Of a stretch of 64,000 nucleotides of DNA, positions 14,201 through 29,884 are shown piece by piece. The position numbers were made by a program, and so were the translations under genes. The stretch is from Octopus sinensis. Taxonomy: Eukaryota. Under the pieces are notes generated by a model. It was not told the origin of the DNA and searched no databases. It saw nothing but the letters and a program-made list of their open reading frames with translations. The DNA lies in NCBI RefSeq assembly GCF_006345805.1, contig NC_043022.1, positions 13,454,001-13,518,000 of the forward strand. The letters are read 5' to 3'. Position 1 is the stretch's first letter. Every line of letters starts with the position of its first letter.

Positions 14201-17200
14201 GAAGGAATATATTCACAGACACGAAAGAGTTGGGACCTACATACACTGGAAGCTATGCCAATGTTATGGAATAACAACAGAAAAAAGATGGTATAGGCAC
14301 ACACCACAAAAGGTCATGGAAAACGAGAAAGCAACCTTATTCTGGGATATGCCAATCCACACAGATAGAGAAATTAAGACCAATAGGCCAATATAGTTAT
14401 CAGAGATCATGAAGATAAAAAATGCTTTCTAATTGATGTATCAATACCAGCAGATGACAATGTTTCTCTAAAAGAAATGGAGAAACTTTCAAAATACAAA
14501 GACCTGGAAATAGAGGTAACTCGAATGAGGAATTTAAAAACGGAAACAATTCCTATCATAGTAGGTGCATTAGGTATGATAAAAAAATATTCAGACAAAT
14601 TCTTTGTTATATTTAAAGTAATTGAAAGAAACACAGAACATCTCAAAATAAATACAGTAACGAAAGGGTTAAGTTTGGATATATGATTTAACAAAGCAGA
14701 GGTAAAGTAATGTCTTCACACAACATATTTCTACCACTGCTGCACAAAACTCCAAAACACCATCTGCCATCATCAATGATTAAACGTTATTCCTTAGAAG
14801 AGTTCTGATAAGTCCATCTTTTAAGCAGACAGGTATGTTAATATCTATCACCACAATACTTAAAAACTCCTGTCAAACCATCCAACTGTTGCTAGCATGG
14901 AAGACAGGCGTTAAATGATGATGATGAATATCAGCTGGCCTTTCTGATTTTAGCAAGAATTGGAAGAAGAGCTCTTTTGATGGCAGTTCTTACCTGACAT
15001 TACACTCTAACAATTTACATAGTCCACTGTAGGTTTTGTCTTGGTCACAAAGTAGCCGACATGTGTGGTAAACTCTCTCACTGCTGAAAAACCAACCAGA
15101 TTCATTGAAGAAACTCGCTGAAATTAAAGAGAGAAAAAATTATTTGGAAATTTTAATTAAGCATTCAATAGAGTTATTTCTATAAAGAGAGAGAAAGGGG
15201 GAAAAGAGAGGGGAGTGCAAGGGGGATCAGGAGGGAATGGGAAGAGATGGAGAAGAGAGAGATGGGGAAGGGAGAGACAGGGAGGAGAGACGGGCGGAAG
15301 GGAAAGAAGGGAGAGATGGGAGATAAAGAAAGGGAGTGACAGGGGAGGAAAAGACAAAGGGAGGGGAGAGGGAGGAGGAGAGAGAAAGAAGGAGTTTTGT
15401 AACAATGGACTGTAAAAGGCAAATTGTTTTTTTAATAAGAAGCTCCATTGTCTTACCGAGTGCAGTGCCAAGTTGGATGGCTTTGTTCCTCTCGTTCTCA
15501 TTCAGATGGCCTGAAAGTTGGTAGCGCTTACAAAACTCAGTGGCAAGGATCTCGTTCACCTGGGCCCCGTGGTCGATAAGTGCTTGAAAACAATGGTGCA
15601 GCAGACACCTATTCACAAAAAAAAAATTAAAAAATAAAATAATCATCATCATCATAACCATTGCCACAACCATCATCATCATCACCATCACTACCACCAC
15701 AACTACCATCATCATCATTATGATCTCAGTACTTCTGTCCATATTGTCAGGTCTACCTCTTGCATTTCTTCTGACTATTTCCCTATCTTAACCCGTTGGC
15801 ACTGGAACTGGCCATATCCATTATTTTACTTGTTTTATGTTCAAACTGGCCAGGTCTGGCCTCTCACACCTACCCTACAATGCCATTCTAAAATTAGACA
15901 GTCATGTCCTCCAAAATCTCAAAAGCTACAAGAGAATGCATGACTAATTCAAATAAGTTTTACATTTGACCGAACAATCTGAATGCACTTCCGATTTGAT
16001 CTGCAACCACCCGTAGTACATACAACTGACCCATCATTTATCTTCTGAGATCACCTCGAAGCAGTTGCTCAATCTGGTAGAAACATAAACCAAATCTCCC
16101 TCGAATCAGACCCTTTCTCTTGTGACCTCCATTCTTTTTGACTTCACAGGACACTGGAGATCAATCATCATCATCATCATTTAACGCCCACCTTCCATGC
16201 TGGCATGGGTTGGGTAGTTTGACATGAGTCGGCTAGGCAGATGACTACCTCAGACGACTGTGTCTATTTTGGCATGGCTTTTATAGCTGGATGCCCTTCC
16301 TAACACCAACCACCCTGTAGAGTAGAGTGAGTACTTTCCACATGGCACCAGCACAGGCGAGGTCAGTTTTGGCATGGTCTTTACAGCTGGATGCCCTCCT
16401 AACACAACCACCCTGTAGAGTAGAGTGAGTACTTTCCACATGGCACCAGCACAGGCGAGGTCAGTTTTGGCATGGTCTTTACAGCTGGATGCCCTTCCTA
16501 ACACCAACCACCCTGTAGAGTAGAGTGAGTACTTTCCACATGGCACCAGCACAGGCGAGGTCAGTTTTGGCATGGTCTTTACAGCTGGATGCCCTTCCTA
16601 ACACCAACCACCCTGTAGAGTAGAGTGAGTACTTTCCACATGGCACCAGCACAGGCGAGGTCAGTTTTGGCATGGTCTTTACAGCTGGATGCCCTTCCTA
16701 ACACCAACCACCCTGTAGAGTAGAGTGAGTACTTTCCACATGGCACCAGCACAGGCGAGGTCAGTTTTGGCATGGTCTTTACAGCTGGATGCCCTTCCAG
16801 ATGCCAACCACTTCACAGTGTGGACTGGATGCTTTACAAAGCAAAAGTATTGACACATTTCACACAGAAAAACAAATACAGTAAGAGTTGCCTGAAAACT
16901 AATTGTAGCAGTAAGACCCAAAAGAAAGCAAAGAAACTTTATTGGTCGGAAGAAGCAGTGAAAGAGAGGATTTGGCTTGGCTGACTGGACATTCAGCCTG
17001 GTTTGGCAGCAGTACTTTTCGGTGCTTGAAGTGTATATATATATATATATATATATATACTAGCAGTATTGCCTGGCATTGCTCGGGTTTGTTTCGACCC
17101 TTTAGAATTGGAATTTTTGAAAAGTAAAAATTTTGCATTATGTATCTTGTTATTCTCTTTAAGTGAACATTTTTATGGTTGAAATACACCGAAAAATGGC

Positions 17201-20200
17201 GACACAGCAGTAAAAAAAATCGTAAAAAATAGGGATTTTCATAGAAAAAAAAACACCTTTTTGATGCAAATAATTTTTGGTCTTAACATGGTCCGATTTG
17301 AATTTTTTCTTCCACGGAAGGAAGAGGAAGCCTTCTTCAATCATACTCTCAATTTTGGTCAACTTGCACCGCAGGGTCTCGGAGGAGATAGTGTTAGTTG
17401 AAGGCTACCAAACATGCCACACACACAGACAACTTCAGCTTTATATATACACACACACACACACAAACACATGCAGAAATATGCACACAGAGAGAGAAAG
17501 AGAGAGAGAGAGCAGGAGAGACATTACAGTGTATTAATTGAACACAACTGATATAAACACTTTTTTTTCTCCCCATACGTTTAGAGAGAAATATGCTTAA
17601 ACATACAGAAGCAATGAGAGAGGGAGGAAGGGGAAGAGATGTAGGAGAGATGGAGAAGGAGGAGAGAGAGAGAGAGAGAAGAGATGCATTACAATTTATT
17701 TAATGAACCTGGTTGACATAAAGTTATGTTCTCAGACACAAAGAGAAAAATGCTGACACTCACTTAACCAGAAAGAGAATGAAAGGAGAGGGGGGAAGAG
17801 AAGGAGAGGAGAGAGAGAGAGCAAGAGATGAAGAGAGAGAGTGGTAGAGAGAGAGATGAAGAGAGAGAGAGTGGTAGAGAGAGAGGGATGAAGAGAGAGA
17901 AGTAGAGAGAGAGGTAGAAAGAGATGAAGAGAGAAACATTGCAATTTGTTAATTGAACCTGGTATACAGAGAAATAAACAGAAAGAGAGAGAGAGAGAGG
18001 GAAAGCATTAGAGCATCTGATGTTAAATAAGTGAGCATGGAATCCTCAATGCCAAATAGGAAGCAACAGGATGACCACCCAAGGGTCTCATTCTTATTGG
18101 GTGTGTGACCCAAGGGAAGGACCCTAGCATTAGGTCAGAGGAGAGACTGTCGGAAAAGACCACACTAGGGAAGCAAAAGACATGACCCCAGGTAGTACAG
18201 TTTGGCTCAGATGGCACATCCACACTTCACGTGATGACACAATTGACCAGACTGGCGGATGATGTTATACATCACTGGTCACAATGCACTTTGCATCATT
18301 TTAGCTTTAGAATGAGGCCACCCAGCTTACTAGGCATGTGTGTGTGTGTCTGTGTTCCCTGCCACCACTTGACAACCCGTGTTGATGTGCTTATGCCCCT
18401 GTAACTTAGCAGTTCAGCAGAGGAGTTCAAGCAAGCTTAAAAAAAGAAAAACTACTGGGGTTGAAACATTTGACTAAAAATCCTCAAAGACAGTGCCCCA
18501 GCATGGCCACAGCCCAATGACTGAAACAAGTAAATGGTAAAAAGATAAAAGGTAATTCACACTCTTTTACTTGTTTCAGTCATTTGACTGCAGCCATGCT
18601 GGAGCACTGCCTTTAGTCAAGCAAATCGACCCCAGAACTTATTCTTTGTAAGCCTAGTACTTATTCTATCATTCTCTTTTGCCGAACCGCTAAGTTACGG
18701 CGACGTAAACACACCAGCATCGGTTGTCAAGCAATGTTGGGGGGGACAAACACACACACACACACACACACGACGGGCTTCTTTCAGTTTCAGTCTACCA
18801 AATCCAATCACAAGGCTTTGGTCAGCCCGAGCCTATAGTAGAAGACACTTGCCTAAGGTACCATGCAGTGGGACTGAACCCGGAACCATGTGGTTGGTAA
18901 GCAAGCTACTTACCACACAGCCACTCCTGCGCATTATTTCAAAGAAAAAATTGTGAATAAATAAGCATTACATTTAACGGATTAATCTGAATGCTAAACA
19001 ATTAATATTATGTTGTGTTTCAGTACGTATTAATTAACCCTTGTGATAGGAAACCATCTGAGACTACACTTGGTTCCACAATGCAAACGTTCCCATTTTA
19101 AAGGGATCTCAATTAACCCCTTACCCAACAATTATTTTGAAAATAAATGTATTTTTTCAGACATATTTTTTAATTGTTTTGTTTTACTATGTTTTGAATG
19201 GTGATTTCGAGGTATATTTCAAACCTTATTTATTATGAATTTTCATTCAATAATATTGATTTTAAATTACCGCTTTGGGCAGAAACGAGTTAACCCGTTT
19301 TTATACGAAGGAACTCGTTTGCTGTCGATTTTGGCGAGTCTATCTTTTGACAAGTTAACTCGCCAGAGATACCAAAAAACGATTTCAGTCAAAACGCGTA
19401 TATTCGTTTCTGCCGGGTAAGGGGTTAAAACTTCCCATTGAAAAAGTCGTGTTAATTTATGTCCTAAACACCAGCTTAATAACGACCAAGTTATTTTCAT
19501 AAATTCTTCCTCATTTTCAAAATTAACTGAAACAAAAGCAGTGAGTTTCAACAGAAATATCGTAACAAAATGAGTTCATTTGTTCTTTTTTAATTAATTA
19601 TTATTATTATCTTTGTTGAAGGTTAAAGAAATAAAAATAGAACTGAAGATAGAGTGAGATGAGGAAAACAAAGCTATTTTTATGTGTCAAACCAATGTGT
19701 TTAAAAGATACTATCTCCAATAAATTTACTTTTTCCTGATGTATTTACATTAATTATGATACATAGATGGCTATTTTAATCTAATATTGCTTCTGCTTTA
19801 TGTAACAGCTTTTTACAATAAAAGATATTTATTATTAGCCTACAGAGCTAACTAAAGTAACAATTATTATCATAATTATATCAGAGACACCAGGTTTTCT
19901 TCAAATATTAATCTTGTTTGTTGCAGATTGCAAGCATCACCAATAGGTGCTGTTGTGGCTGTGTGGTCAGGAAGCTTGCTTCCCAACCATTTGGTGTCGG
20001 GTTCAGTCCCACTGCACAGCGCCTTGGGTAAGGATCTTCTACTTATAGAAGCCTGAGAGCATTTGGTACTGCATCAGGGCATTATGGCACTGCATCAGAG
20101 CATTTTATTATTATTATTATTATTATTGAGTGAGAGAGCAGTGCATGCGATCAAAGTGACACTGGGGTAAAATATACGAAGCCCAGTTTACCCATCATGA

Positions 20201-20674
20201 CTACCCGTCTGATAAGGGTACACTAGGAACATGCATCACAACCATATGTGCATGACATGGTGATCTTATATCAAGATAAACAGCGCATGACCTTGCAGGT
20301 GGGGCCCAGTTAGAATTTCCTTCAGGTTGAGTAACCCATCCCGCTCAAAAGGTCCCTGAATAAGGGTTGTTTAAGGATGTTGAATGAAACACCCATGTTT
20401 CCAGAGGTGAATTATTCAAACCCCAAAGAATCCCTCTCGACACATGGCTATGATGCTCCCCCACTACTTCTGCTCGCGATCAGAGATGCACATATCGTCA
20501 GCCACCAAGGGACATGCTCAACTGGTTAAGGTCAAACAACTGACAAGCAAATCTGTGGTATTGAGCAGAATATTTGCTGTAGCCCATCTTTTATACGAAG
20601 ACAAAACAATGTACACGATAACACTGCCAATCAGTTAAGATCAGAAGCCACGAGAGCCACTGCCTGGCACTGCA

Positions 20675-20706
<32 letters not shown>

Positions 20707-23700
20707 CAGGTTGCTGTGAAACACAGGGGGTCAATGTAATCAACTTATTCCCCACCAAATGGCTGCCCTTGTGGGGGTAGGACGACCAGATTTCTTCAGG
20801 GGTGTGGAAGCTCTTCTGTGTGTTTAACAGACATGGGAGGATGGTGCAAAAAAAGCCTAACAAACCTGCTTAGATGGTTCCAACAATTTGGCATCATCGA
20901 CTGGATTTCTCGAATGACCCAATGTCAAACTGCATCAGGGTCATCAAAATCGCATCGAGCAGGGAAGCGGGTAAGGGTAGCATGGGTTGTCTGTAATTAA
21001 GCAGTCGACTACACAGACCACAAATATGTGACCTGTACAGTCAAATTAGATTGGCTTTATAGGCATGGGCCCAGTTACTAGAAGCTGAGCACTTCTTTCC
21101 TGGCTCTTGGGGCAATTGCCTTGTGAGTGGATTTGGTAAACAGGAAACAGAAAGAAGGCCGTTGTGTGTGTGTGCATGTCCGTGTGTATCCCTGTATATG
21201 TGTCCGTCCTTGTCTAGACATCGCATGATGATTGTAAATGAACATCCCTGTCACACAAGCGAGGTTGTTTGTTTCCAGTCTTCCATGAGAAAAATATGTC
21301 TGGCCATGGGGAAATATTACCTTACTTGGAAATAGATGGGGGTTGGCAACAGGAAGAGCATCCGCCTCTAGAAGTTCTGCCTCAGTATTCTCTGCTTGAC
21401 CCGTGCAAGCAGGAAAAGGCAGACATCAAACGATAACCTCGTGTTTATAATGACAATGATCAGAGACAAGGGAGAAAAGGAAGATTGTAAAACAGCACCA
21501 AAGCAACAAAGTGTAACCAAGAAAGAATAAGGACGATCAAGAAGGGGATAAGGTAATAATAGACAGGTAAGACATAAGCCAGACACTTACCTTTTGTCAA
21601 GGACTTTTAATATTTTAGCAAAGTTATCAATTTCTGCCAAATCCGTTCCGAGCGTATATAAATTTCCTTTCATATAAAGCTGTGAGAAGAAAGGAAAAAG
21701 AAAAAGAATATTGATGAATTTTTACAAGGTCCAACATATTTTGGGGTGGATTTATGGCTGACTGAATTGACTATTGGCTTGGGATCAAGCACATAGAAGG
21801 ACAAATGTAAACACTAAAAGGTATTTCATTCCTTCTTACACTACTTTTGCTATTCTTATACTATCATATAACAATTTTTAGGAAAAAAGATATCGTGTCT
21901 GTATCTTTGTGAAAGGCATGAACAACATATGTGAAGGGATTCCTACTGGAAATTGAACCTGGGTTGGCAGGGGATAAAAAAATATAAACAGCTGGTGCCA
22001 TGTAAAAAGAACTGATGCTGGTACCGTATAAAAATATCTGCACTGGTGCCATATAAAATGTGCCAGTGCCATGTAGAAAACACCCAGTACACACTGTGAA
22101 GTGGTTGGTGTTAGGAAGGGCATCCAGCTGGAGAAACCAAGCCAAAACAGACTGGTTTTACCAGTTCTTGACAAGCCATCCAATCTATGCCAGAATGAAA
22201 AAACAAACATTAAATGATGGTGTGTGCGTGTGTATGTGTGTGTCTGTAAGTATATAGAGGTGTACATTTACATATGTGTGTATATGGAGCCTGGTGCAAC
22301 CAGTGGAGCCTAGAAACTCTGCCAGATCAGATTGGAGCCTGGTGCAGCCATCTGGTTCGCCAGTCCTCAGTCAAATTGTCCAACCCATGCTATCATGGAA
22401 AGTGGATGTTAAACGATGATGATGTATGTATTGTGAGTGCACAGTTTCCCATGGTTGCATGGGTCAGACAAAGTTTGTTGAGGCAGATCCTATGTAGCCA
22501 GATACTCTTCCTCTTGCCAACCTTTGCCTGCTTTCAGGCAAAGTAATACTGCTCCATGGCCAGGCATGTTTTCTCAGAATATTGGACAGGAACGACACTG
22601 CTTGTATGACAGGGACAATCATTTACAACTGCAGTGTGACATCAAGACAAGAAGAGACAAACAAACAGACGTTCACACAAGCGTCGCCTTACTGGCACAT
22701 GTGCCGGTGTGCAGGTGGCACATAAAAAAAAACACCATTTGGGCGTGGCCATTGCCAGTACCGCCTGACTGGACCTCTTGCCGGTGGCACGTAAAAGCAT
22801 CTACTACACTCTTGGAGTGGTTGGCGTTAGGAAGGGCATCCAGCTGTAGACACTCTGCCAGATCAAGATTTGAGCCTGGTGCAGTCTCCTGGCTTGCCAG
22901 TCCCCGGTCAAACTGTCCAACCCATGCTAGCATGGAAAGCGGACGTTAAACGATGATGATGATGATGATACATACATTGCGAATAAAGGGTTCAACTGTG
23001 GTTCTATGTCAGCGTGTGTATATAAGAATTTTTTGCATAATATACATACATACATAAATACATTGATTTCGTGCTAATTTATGTTCCAAACACCAGCTTT
23101 AAAATTACAAAGTTATCTTACTGACTTCTTTGTCAGTTTGAAAATGAATTGAAATCAGAACAGCGTATTTCAACAGAATTATGGTAATAAAAGGAGTAAA
23201 GACCTCCCAAGAATAAATACATCGAAGACAATACGCAAGAGTTTAAACAGAAACCAATGTATGAAAGTTTAGTGTGGAGCAGAAAAAAACGACTGAAAAC
23301 TGAAAAATAACATAAAATAACAAAGGAAACAGCAAAAACAAATAACAACAATGTTAATCCCTTTATCCTATAATAAATGAGATCATCACCACCATCATCA
23401 TTTTGACATCAGCTTTCCATTCTAAGCATGGTTGGTTCATTTAACAGGATCCGATGAGTCAGGGGATTGCATCAGGCTTCGGTGTCTCAGTTTTGGCAGG
23501 GTTTCCGGGGATGGGTGCACTTTCTAAGACTGACCACTTTACAGAAGTGTACTGGGTGCTGTTTTTTTGTGTCACCAGCACCAGTAAGGTTACCCTTGCA
23601 GCTTGCATGGCTAAAGAGCCTAAGGAGAGAGAGGCACTACAAATGAAAGGAGAATGGGAGAGGAAGGGGGAGAGATTAAGTTGATTATATCGACCCCAAT

Positions 23701-26700
23701 GCGTAACTGGTACTTATTTAATCGACCCCCGAAAGGTGGCGAGCTGGCAGAAACGTTAGCACGCTGGGCAAAATGCTGAGCGGTATTTCGTCTGCTGCTA
23801 CATTCTGAGTTCAAATTCCGAGGTCGACTTTGCCTTTCATCCTTTCGGGGTCGATAAATTAAGTACCAGTTACGTACTGGAGTCGATGTAATCGACTTAA
23901 TACCTATGTCTGTCCTTGTTTGTCCCCTTGTGGGTAATAAAGAAATAGGTACTTATTTAATCGACCCCAAAAAGATGAAAGGCAAAGTCAACTGTGGCAA
24001 AATTTGAACTCAGAACGTAGCAGCAGACAAAATACCACTAAGCATTTCGCCCGGCGTGCTAACGTTTCTGCCAGCTCACCAGCTCTTTCAGTTTCTGTCT
24101 ACCAAATCCACTCACAAGACTTCAGTCGGCCCAAGGCTATAGTACAAGACACTTTCCGCAAAGTACCATGCAGTGGGACTGAACCTGGAACCATGTGGTT
24201 GGGAAGCAAACTTCTTACCACACAGCCACTCCTGCGCCCAATAAGCATGAAAACAAATAAATTCCAGTTGGACGTGAAATGGAGGAATATTTTCTCAAAG
24301 GAAATGACGAAGCCACTTTGCTGAAAGACAGCAGCATCCAATGCTTTGATCAAGAGATTTGCTGAATCAGGGACCACTTAAGGGTTAAACCCTAACAAAA
24401 TATTCCATGACTTAGCAGAAACAATCACATTCCAGCAGGGATATACCTTACTAAAGACTGCCCCCCGCACTAAATAATACACTCCTTCATCTTTTACTTG
24501 TTTCATTCAGCAGAGCCTTGGCCATGCTGGGGCACCACCTTAAAGAAGTTTGAAGTTGAATGAACTGATCCCGGGAATGATCTTTCGTTAAGCCTGGAAC
24601 TTGGTCTGTCAGTCTCTTTTTGCCAAACTGCTAAGTTACAGGGACATCAACATACCACTTGTCAAGAGATACTGAGGGACAAACACACACACACACGACA
24701 GGCTTCTTTCAGTTTCCGTATATCAAATCCACTCACAATGCTTTGGTCAGCCCAAGGCTATAGTAGAAGACACTTGGCCAAGGTGTCATGCAGTGGATTG
24801 AACCCAGAACCACGTGCTTGGGAAGTAAGCTTCTTACCACACAGCCATGCTTCGTTCATATTTTGGTCTCGATAAAACAGAGATCCAAATGGGAATAAAT
24901 AGTAAAGAAGAAGGACCATTTTCTAAAGACCAGTCAGGATTGAACCTGTAGCTGCAGGCCCGGGCAAGGATTTTGTTGTGAAAGACTGACAGTCGTGGAT
25001 GTATGCACACTCTACTCATATTCACCAACATCCTAATCCTACATCAATTTTTTTGTACTGACACAGATTGGATGGTTTCACCGGATCCAGCAAACATCAG
25101 GGCTGCTTTGAGCTCCGATGTCAGCTTTTGGCTTGGTTTCTACGCTTGGATGCCTTTCTTGATATATCAACCTCTTTACAGAGTGTACTGGGTGCATTTT
25201 CCTTTTGTTTTATGCTACGGGCACTAGTGAGGCCATTAGGTAAATTCTAAGCCAGAAAAAGAACAGGAAAAAGTCCCATGAAAAAGTGGAGAGGGTAGTA
25301 ATTAAGAGTGGGATGGTTTTAAACCAGGTACTGAGAGGGTAAATGGCAACAGAGGGACAAGCGTAGGTGATTTGCTATAAATGGAACTCCCCATTATATA
25401 AGGGTGGGAGGGAATAGATGAGAAGATAAAAATGGTAGTAATGGGGTGTCAGACCAAACTCTCAAGGTATAAGAAGGTGAGTATACAGAGAGAATACAGA
25501 CAGTAGGTCAGAGAAAAAGAGAGAGTGGGTGCTTTCAAGAATGCAAAGTTGGCTGCAGATGGATTTGAAATCAAAAACATAAAAAGAACTAAATATGGCA
25601 AAGCATTTAGGACACTTTGATTGACGCTCCACTAATTCTGCCATCCAGGAGCCAATTTCAAATTTTGGCACAAGACCAGTAACATTGTGGGAGGTGGCTA
25701 GTCGATAACATTGACCCCAGTGCTCAACTGGTACTTATTTTATCAACCCTGAACTGATAAAAGGCAAAGTCAACCTCGGTGGAATTTGAACTCAGAATGT
25801 AAAGATGGATAAAATGCCACTAAGCATTTTGCCCAGCACAGTCATGATTCAGCCAGCTCACCACCTTCAACCAGTCTATTTAATATTAATAATTTCTTAC
25901 AATAATCAAGACCTTTGGCATTATGTCGTGCTTGGGAAGAAGACCCATCAAGCCAAGCAAAATCACAGTTGTGGCAGATACCAGTGTCATGCAAATTGGC
26001 ACCCGTGCCAGTGGAATGTAAAAGCACCCCAGTGTCACACAAATGGCACCTGTACCGGTGACATGTAAAAGCACTCTCGGAGTGGTTGGCGTTATGAAGG
26101 GCATCCAGCTGTAGAAAACTATGCCAAATCAGACTGGAGCCTGGCACAGTCTTCCAGCATGCCAGCCCAGTCAAACCATCCAACCCATGCCAGCATGGAA
26201 AATGGACATTAAATGATGATGATGATGATTAGCATAAAGCTACAAATTTAAAGGTGAGGAGTATCTCATTATCATCATTGTGTAATGTTCACATTTCCAT
26301 GATTGCAGGGATCAGGCAGAATTTGTTGAGGTAAGATTTTCTGCAACAGGATGCCATTCCAGTTGCTAACCCTCACCTCTTTCCAAAGCAAGATAATACC
26401 CCCCCCCCACCCATGTGGTCAAACATGCTTTTCATGGAAGACTGGAAACAAACATCATTGCTTGCATGATAGTGATGCTTATTTACAATCATCACATGTT
26501 GTCAAGACAAGGGTACACAAACACAAACATATACATACATACATATATAGGAGAGGGTATCAAAAAGTTCCTGGGCCAGTTTCGTAGCACGCCAACAGAT
26601 GGCAGCAAAGTTTTGTGCACAGTGAGAGCTAGCAGCAACCTTGATGAGGCAGTGTGCTGAGTGACATCACTGTGTTTACTTCACAAGTTGTGAAATTTGT

Positions 26701-29700
26701 GTTTTTGTGATCACGTGTATGCTGTAATCTGTGATTTTTGTTATGAGCAGGAACAAAGGACCAACATGAAATTTTGCATTAAACTTGGGAAATCTGCTAC
26801 AGAGACATTGAGCATGCTTCGACAAGCTTACGGCGACAAGGCAATGGGTCATACACAATGCTTCGAGTGGTATGGGTGCTTCAAAAGCTGAAGAACATCC
26901 CTGGAAGATGATGAGCGAACTGGAGGACCTGCCATGAGCATCACTTTGAGAAATATGGTGTTGTGCATTGAGAATTCATTCCTCCAGGGCCAGACCATCA
27001 ATCGAGGGTTCTATTGTGACATTTTGAAGCACTTAAGAGAGGACATTCAGCGAAAGTGACTGGATCTGTGGAGCGCAAAAAACTGGATTCTTTAGGGTTC
27101 TCCTCACTCGTGAGTCTCTCGCCGAAAACAACATGGTATCACTTCCACACCCACCCTATTCACCAGATTTAGCACCTGCAGACTTCCATCTCTTCCCCCA
27201 AGATGAAAATGCAGCTCAAAGGTTGCCGTTTTAACACTGTTGTTGAGATCCAGAGTGAATTGCACAAAGTCCTCAACCTGCTGACAGAAAATTACTTCTG
27301 GGTCAGATTCCAAAACTGGCAGGAATGCTGGGACCGATGTAACCTGGGTAATCAAACCAGTGGACTCTGTAAAGTGGTTTGGTGTTAAGGTTCTCCAGCA
27401 GGTGAACCCATGCCAAAACAGAGACTGGAGCTTGGCACAGCTCTCTGGCTTGTTAGTTCATGTTGAACTGTTCAACCCATGCAAACAGTTTCCATTTACA
27501 AAATCCACTCAAGGTGGGTTTTGTTCATAGAGGGGCTACAGTAGAAGACACTTGCGTAAAGTACCACACAGCAGGATTGAACCCAAAAGCACTGAACCCT
27601 GGGAAACAAGCTTATCCTGTGCCAGTTCAAATTCTAATACATTCCAGGTGCTTCATGACTCTCCTCAACTTTATTTTTACCCCCGACAAATAAAGTCCTA
27701 CACCAGATTCACACAACCAGCCCCGGCCCATTCAAAGTACCTTGGATCGCAGGACGGCCTGCAGTGCTTACCTTGGATTGAAGGGTGACCTGCTGTGCTT
27801 GAGGAGACCTACTGAGTCAACATCAAAATAAAACATCAAAATAAAAATCAAATGGAAATTTGTAGTTGTGATACCCATGCTGGTGGCATGTAAAAAACAC
27901 CATCCGAATGTGGCCGATGCCAGTGCCACCTAGGATGGCTTCTGTGCCGGTGACATGTAAAAGCACCAACCGATCGTGACCGATGCCAGCCTCCCCTGGC
28001 ACCTGTGCCGGTGGAACGTAAAAAGCACCCACTGCACTCACAAAGTGGTTGGCGTTAGGATGGGCATCCAGCTGTAGAAACACTGCCAGATCAGACTAGA
28101 GCCTGGTGCAGCCTCCTGGTATCCCAGACCCCGGTCGAACTGTCCAACCCATGCTAGCATGGAAAACGGACGTTAAACGATGATGATGATGTTCTGGTAT
28201 CAATTTAAGAAATTATTGATTTTTTTTTTCTTCTTCAAGAAGCACAAGATGACTAAATTGGTAGTTTGCCAGGCAATATTATTCCATATGTAGTTTTAAT
28301 TCCCTTCAAGTTGTGAATTTCAGATGGAAAAGAAGAAGGATGTTGTTGATGTTGTCTACTCCTACCCCAAATGGTCAGTAGGGATTGGGCAGAGTTGTGA
28401 TAAAAGGTGGTCTGCCAGCCATGTCCACCACCTCTATAATTTAAGCACCAAGCATCTAATTACATTATCGAACGTTCCTCCCACCCCACTTATTTTCTTT
28501 GGTATACTGAGGGAGATTTCGCTGCAATATCTAGCACGCCAAGAAATGGATGCAGAGGTAGTAGCATAGTGACGTTTTTATGGGCCAGCACTTTTAGGTT
28601 TGCTCATTAAGTTTGGTCTCCATGCCGGTGGCATGTAAAAAGCACCATCTGACCGTGGCCGTTTGCCAGCCTCGTCTGGCACCTGTGTCGGTGGCACATA
28701 AAATCACCCACTACACTCATGGAGTGGTTGGCGTTAGGAAGGGCATCCAGCTGTAGAAACACTGCCAGATCAGACTGGGCCTGGTGCAGCCTTCTGGCTT
28801 CCCAGACCCCAGTTGAACCGTCCAACCCATGCTAGCATGGAAAGCGAACGTTAAACGATGATGATGATGATGAGGGGCCCCCAGAGAGGGGGAACTCAAC
28901 TGCTACCTGGGGCGGTACACATTCCACCATCTAAAGTAACACCACTGTGCCAAGGCTCCAGAGAGAAGGTGGGGGAAGGCAATGAAATAAGAGAATGGCA
29001 TGCTGAAGAAACGAGAGATTGAGATGGAATTTATCGACCAGAGAGGGAAAGAGGCATTGTTTGGGTATGCCTCTCAGAAACGTCAATGAATTTTGACGCT
29101 TCTGAGGGGCACACCGAAAGAATGCCGAGAAATGAACGATACATGGAGACAGAAAACTACGACCGTTTCATTTCAAACGGAGCATATACAAGAAATAAAA
29201 AATGGATTCGGGGGAGACCCACAAACAGCCTAAGAACACACACACGGTGCGACATATAAAAATATACAAACTTATTTCTGCGTGAAATACTTGGCTGCCT
29301 TGGTACAAACCGATCCATGGGACTCGTAGTATACTGGCGGAGATCTCTTGCCAACGTACACATTAATATTACTCAGGCATATACACATGGGTGTATAACG
29401 TACACCTGTGAGTGTATACAACAAATTCCCATACAGCCGTTTCCTAATAAGGGGTTTTTGACACAAACACAAGGTATAAATAAATCAACAATGCACATTA
29501 TATATATACATATATATATACACACATACACACCTACAACGTTTATGTGCGACAAACACAACACGCCTCGTTAAAGGTAAACTTGTACGTGATTATTATT
29601 ATTATAAACAGGTAAAATACTTATCGAAGCACACCTGTGTGTGTGTGTGTATATATAATACGTAGGTTATATATACATCTTAAGGATCAACTATCATCTA

Positions 29701-29843
29701 AGTTCTTTCTATAGAGGCAGCTTCCTAAAGTATTCGATGTTTATATATAGACCACACACACACACACGTATATATAAGTATATATATATATATATAAGTA
29801 TATACATATACCAATCATATACAAGCTTACATATAGGGTGTAT

Positions 29844-29884
<41 letters not shown>

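Noticed and set aside
18850-18932. tRNA-like A/B boxes
   Set aside because: Heads of tRNA-derived SINEs; no full cloverleaf, and each continues into SINE body sequence.
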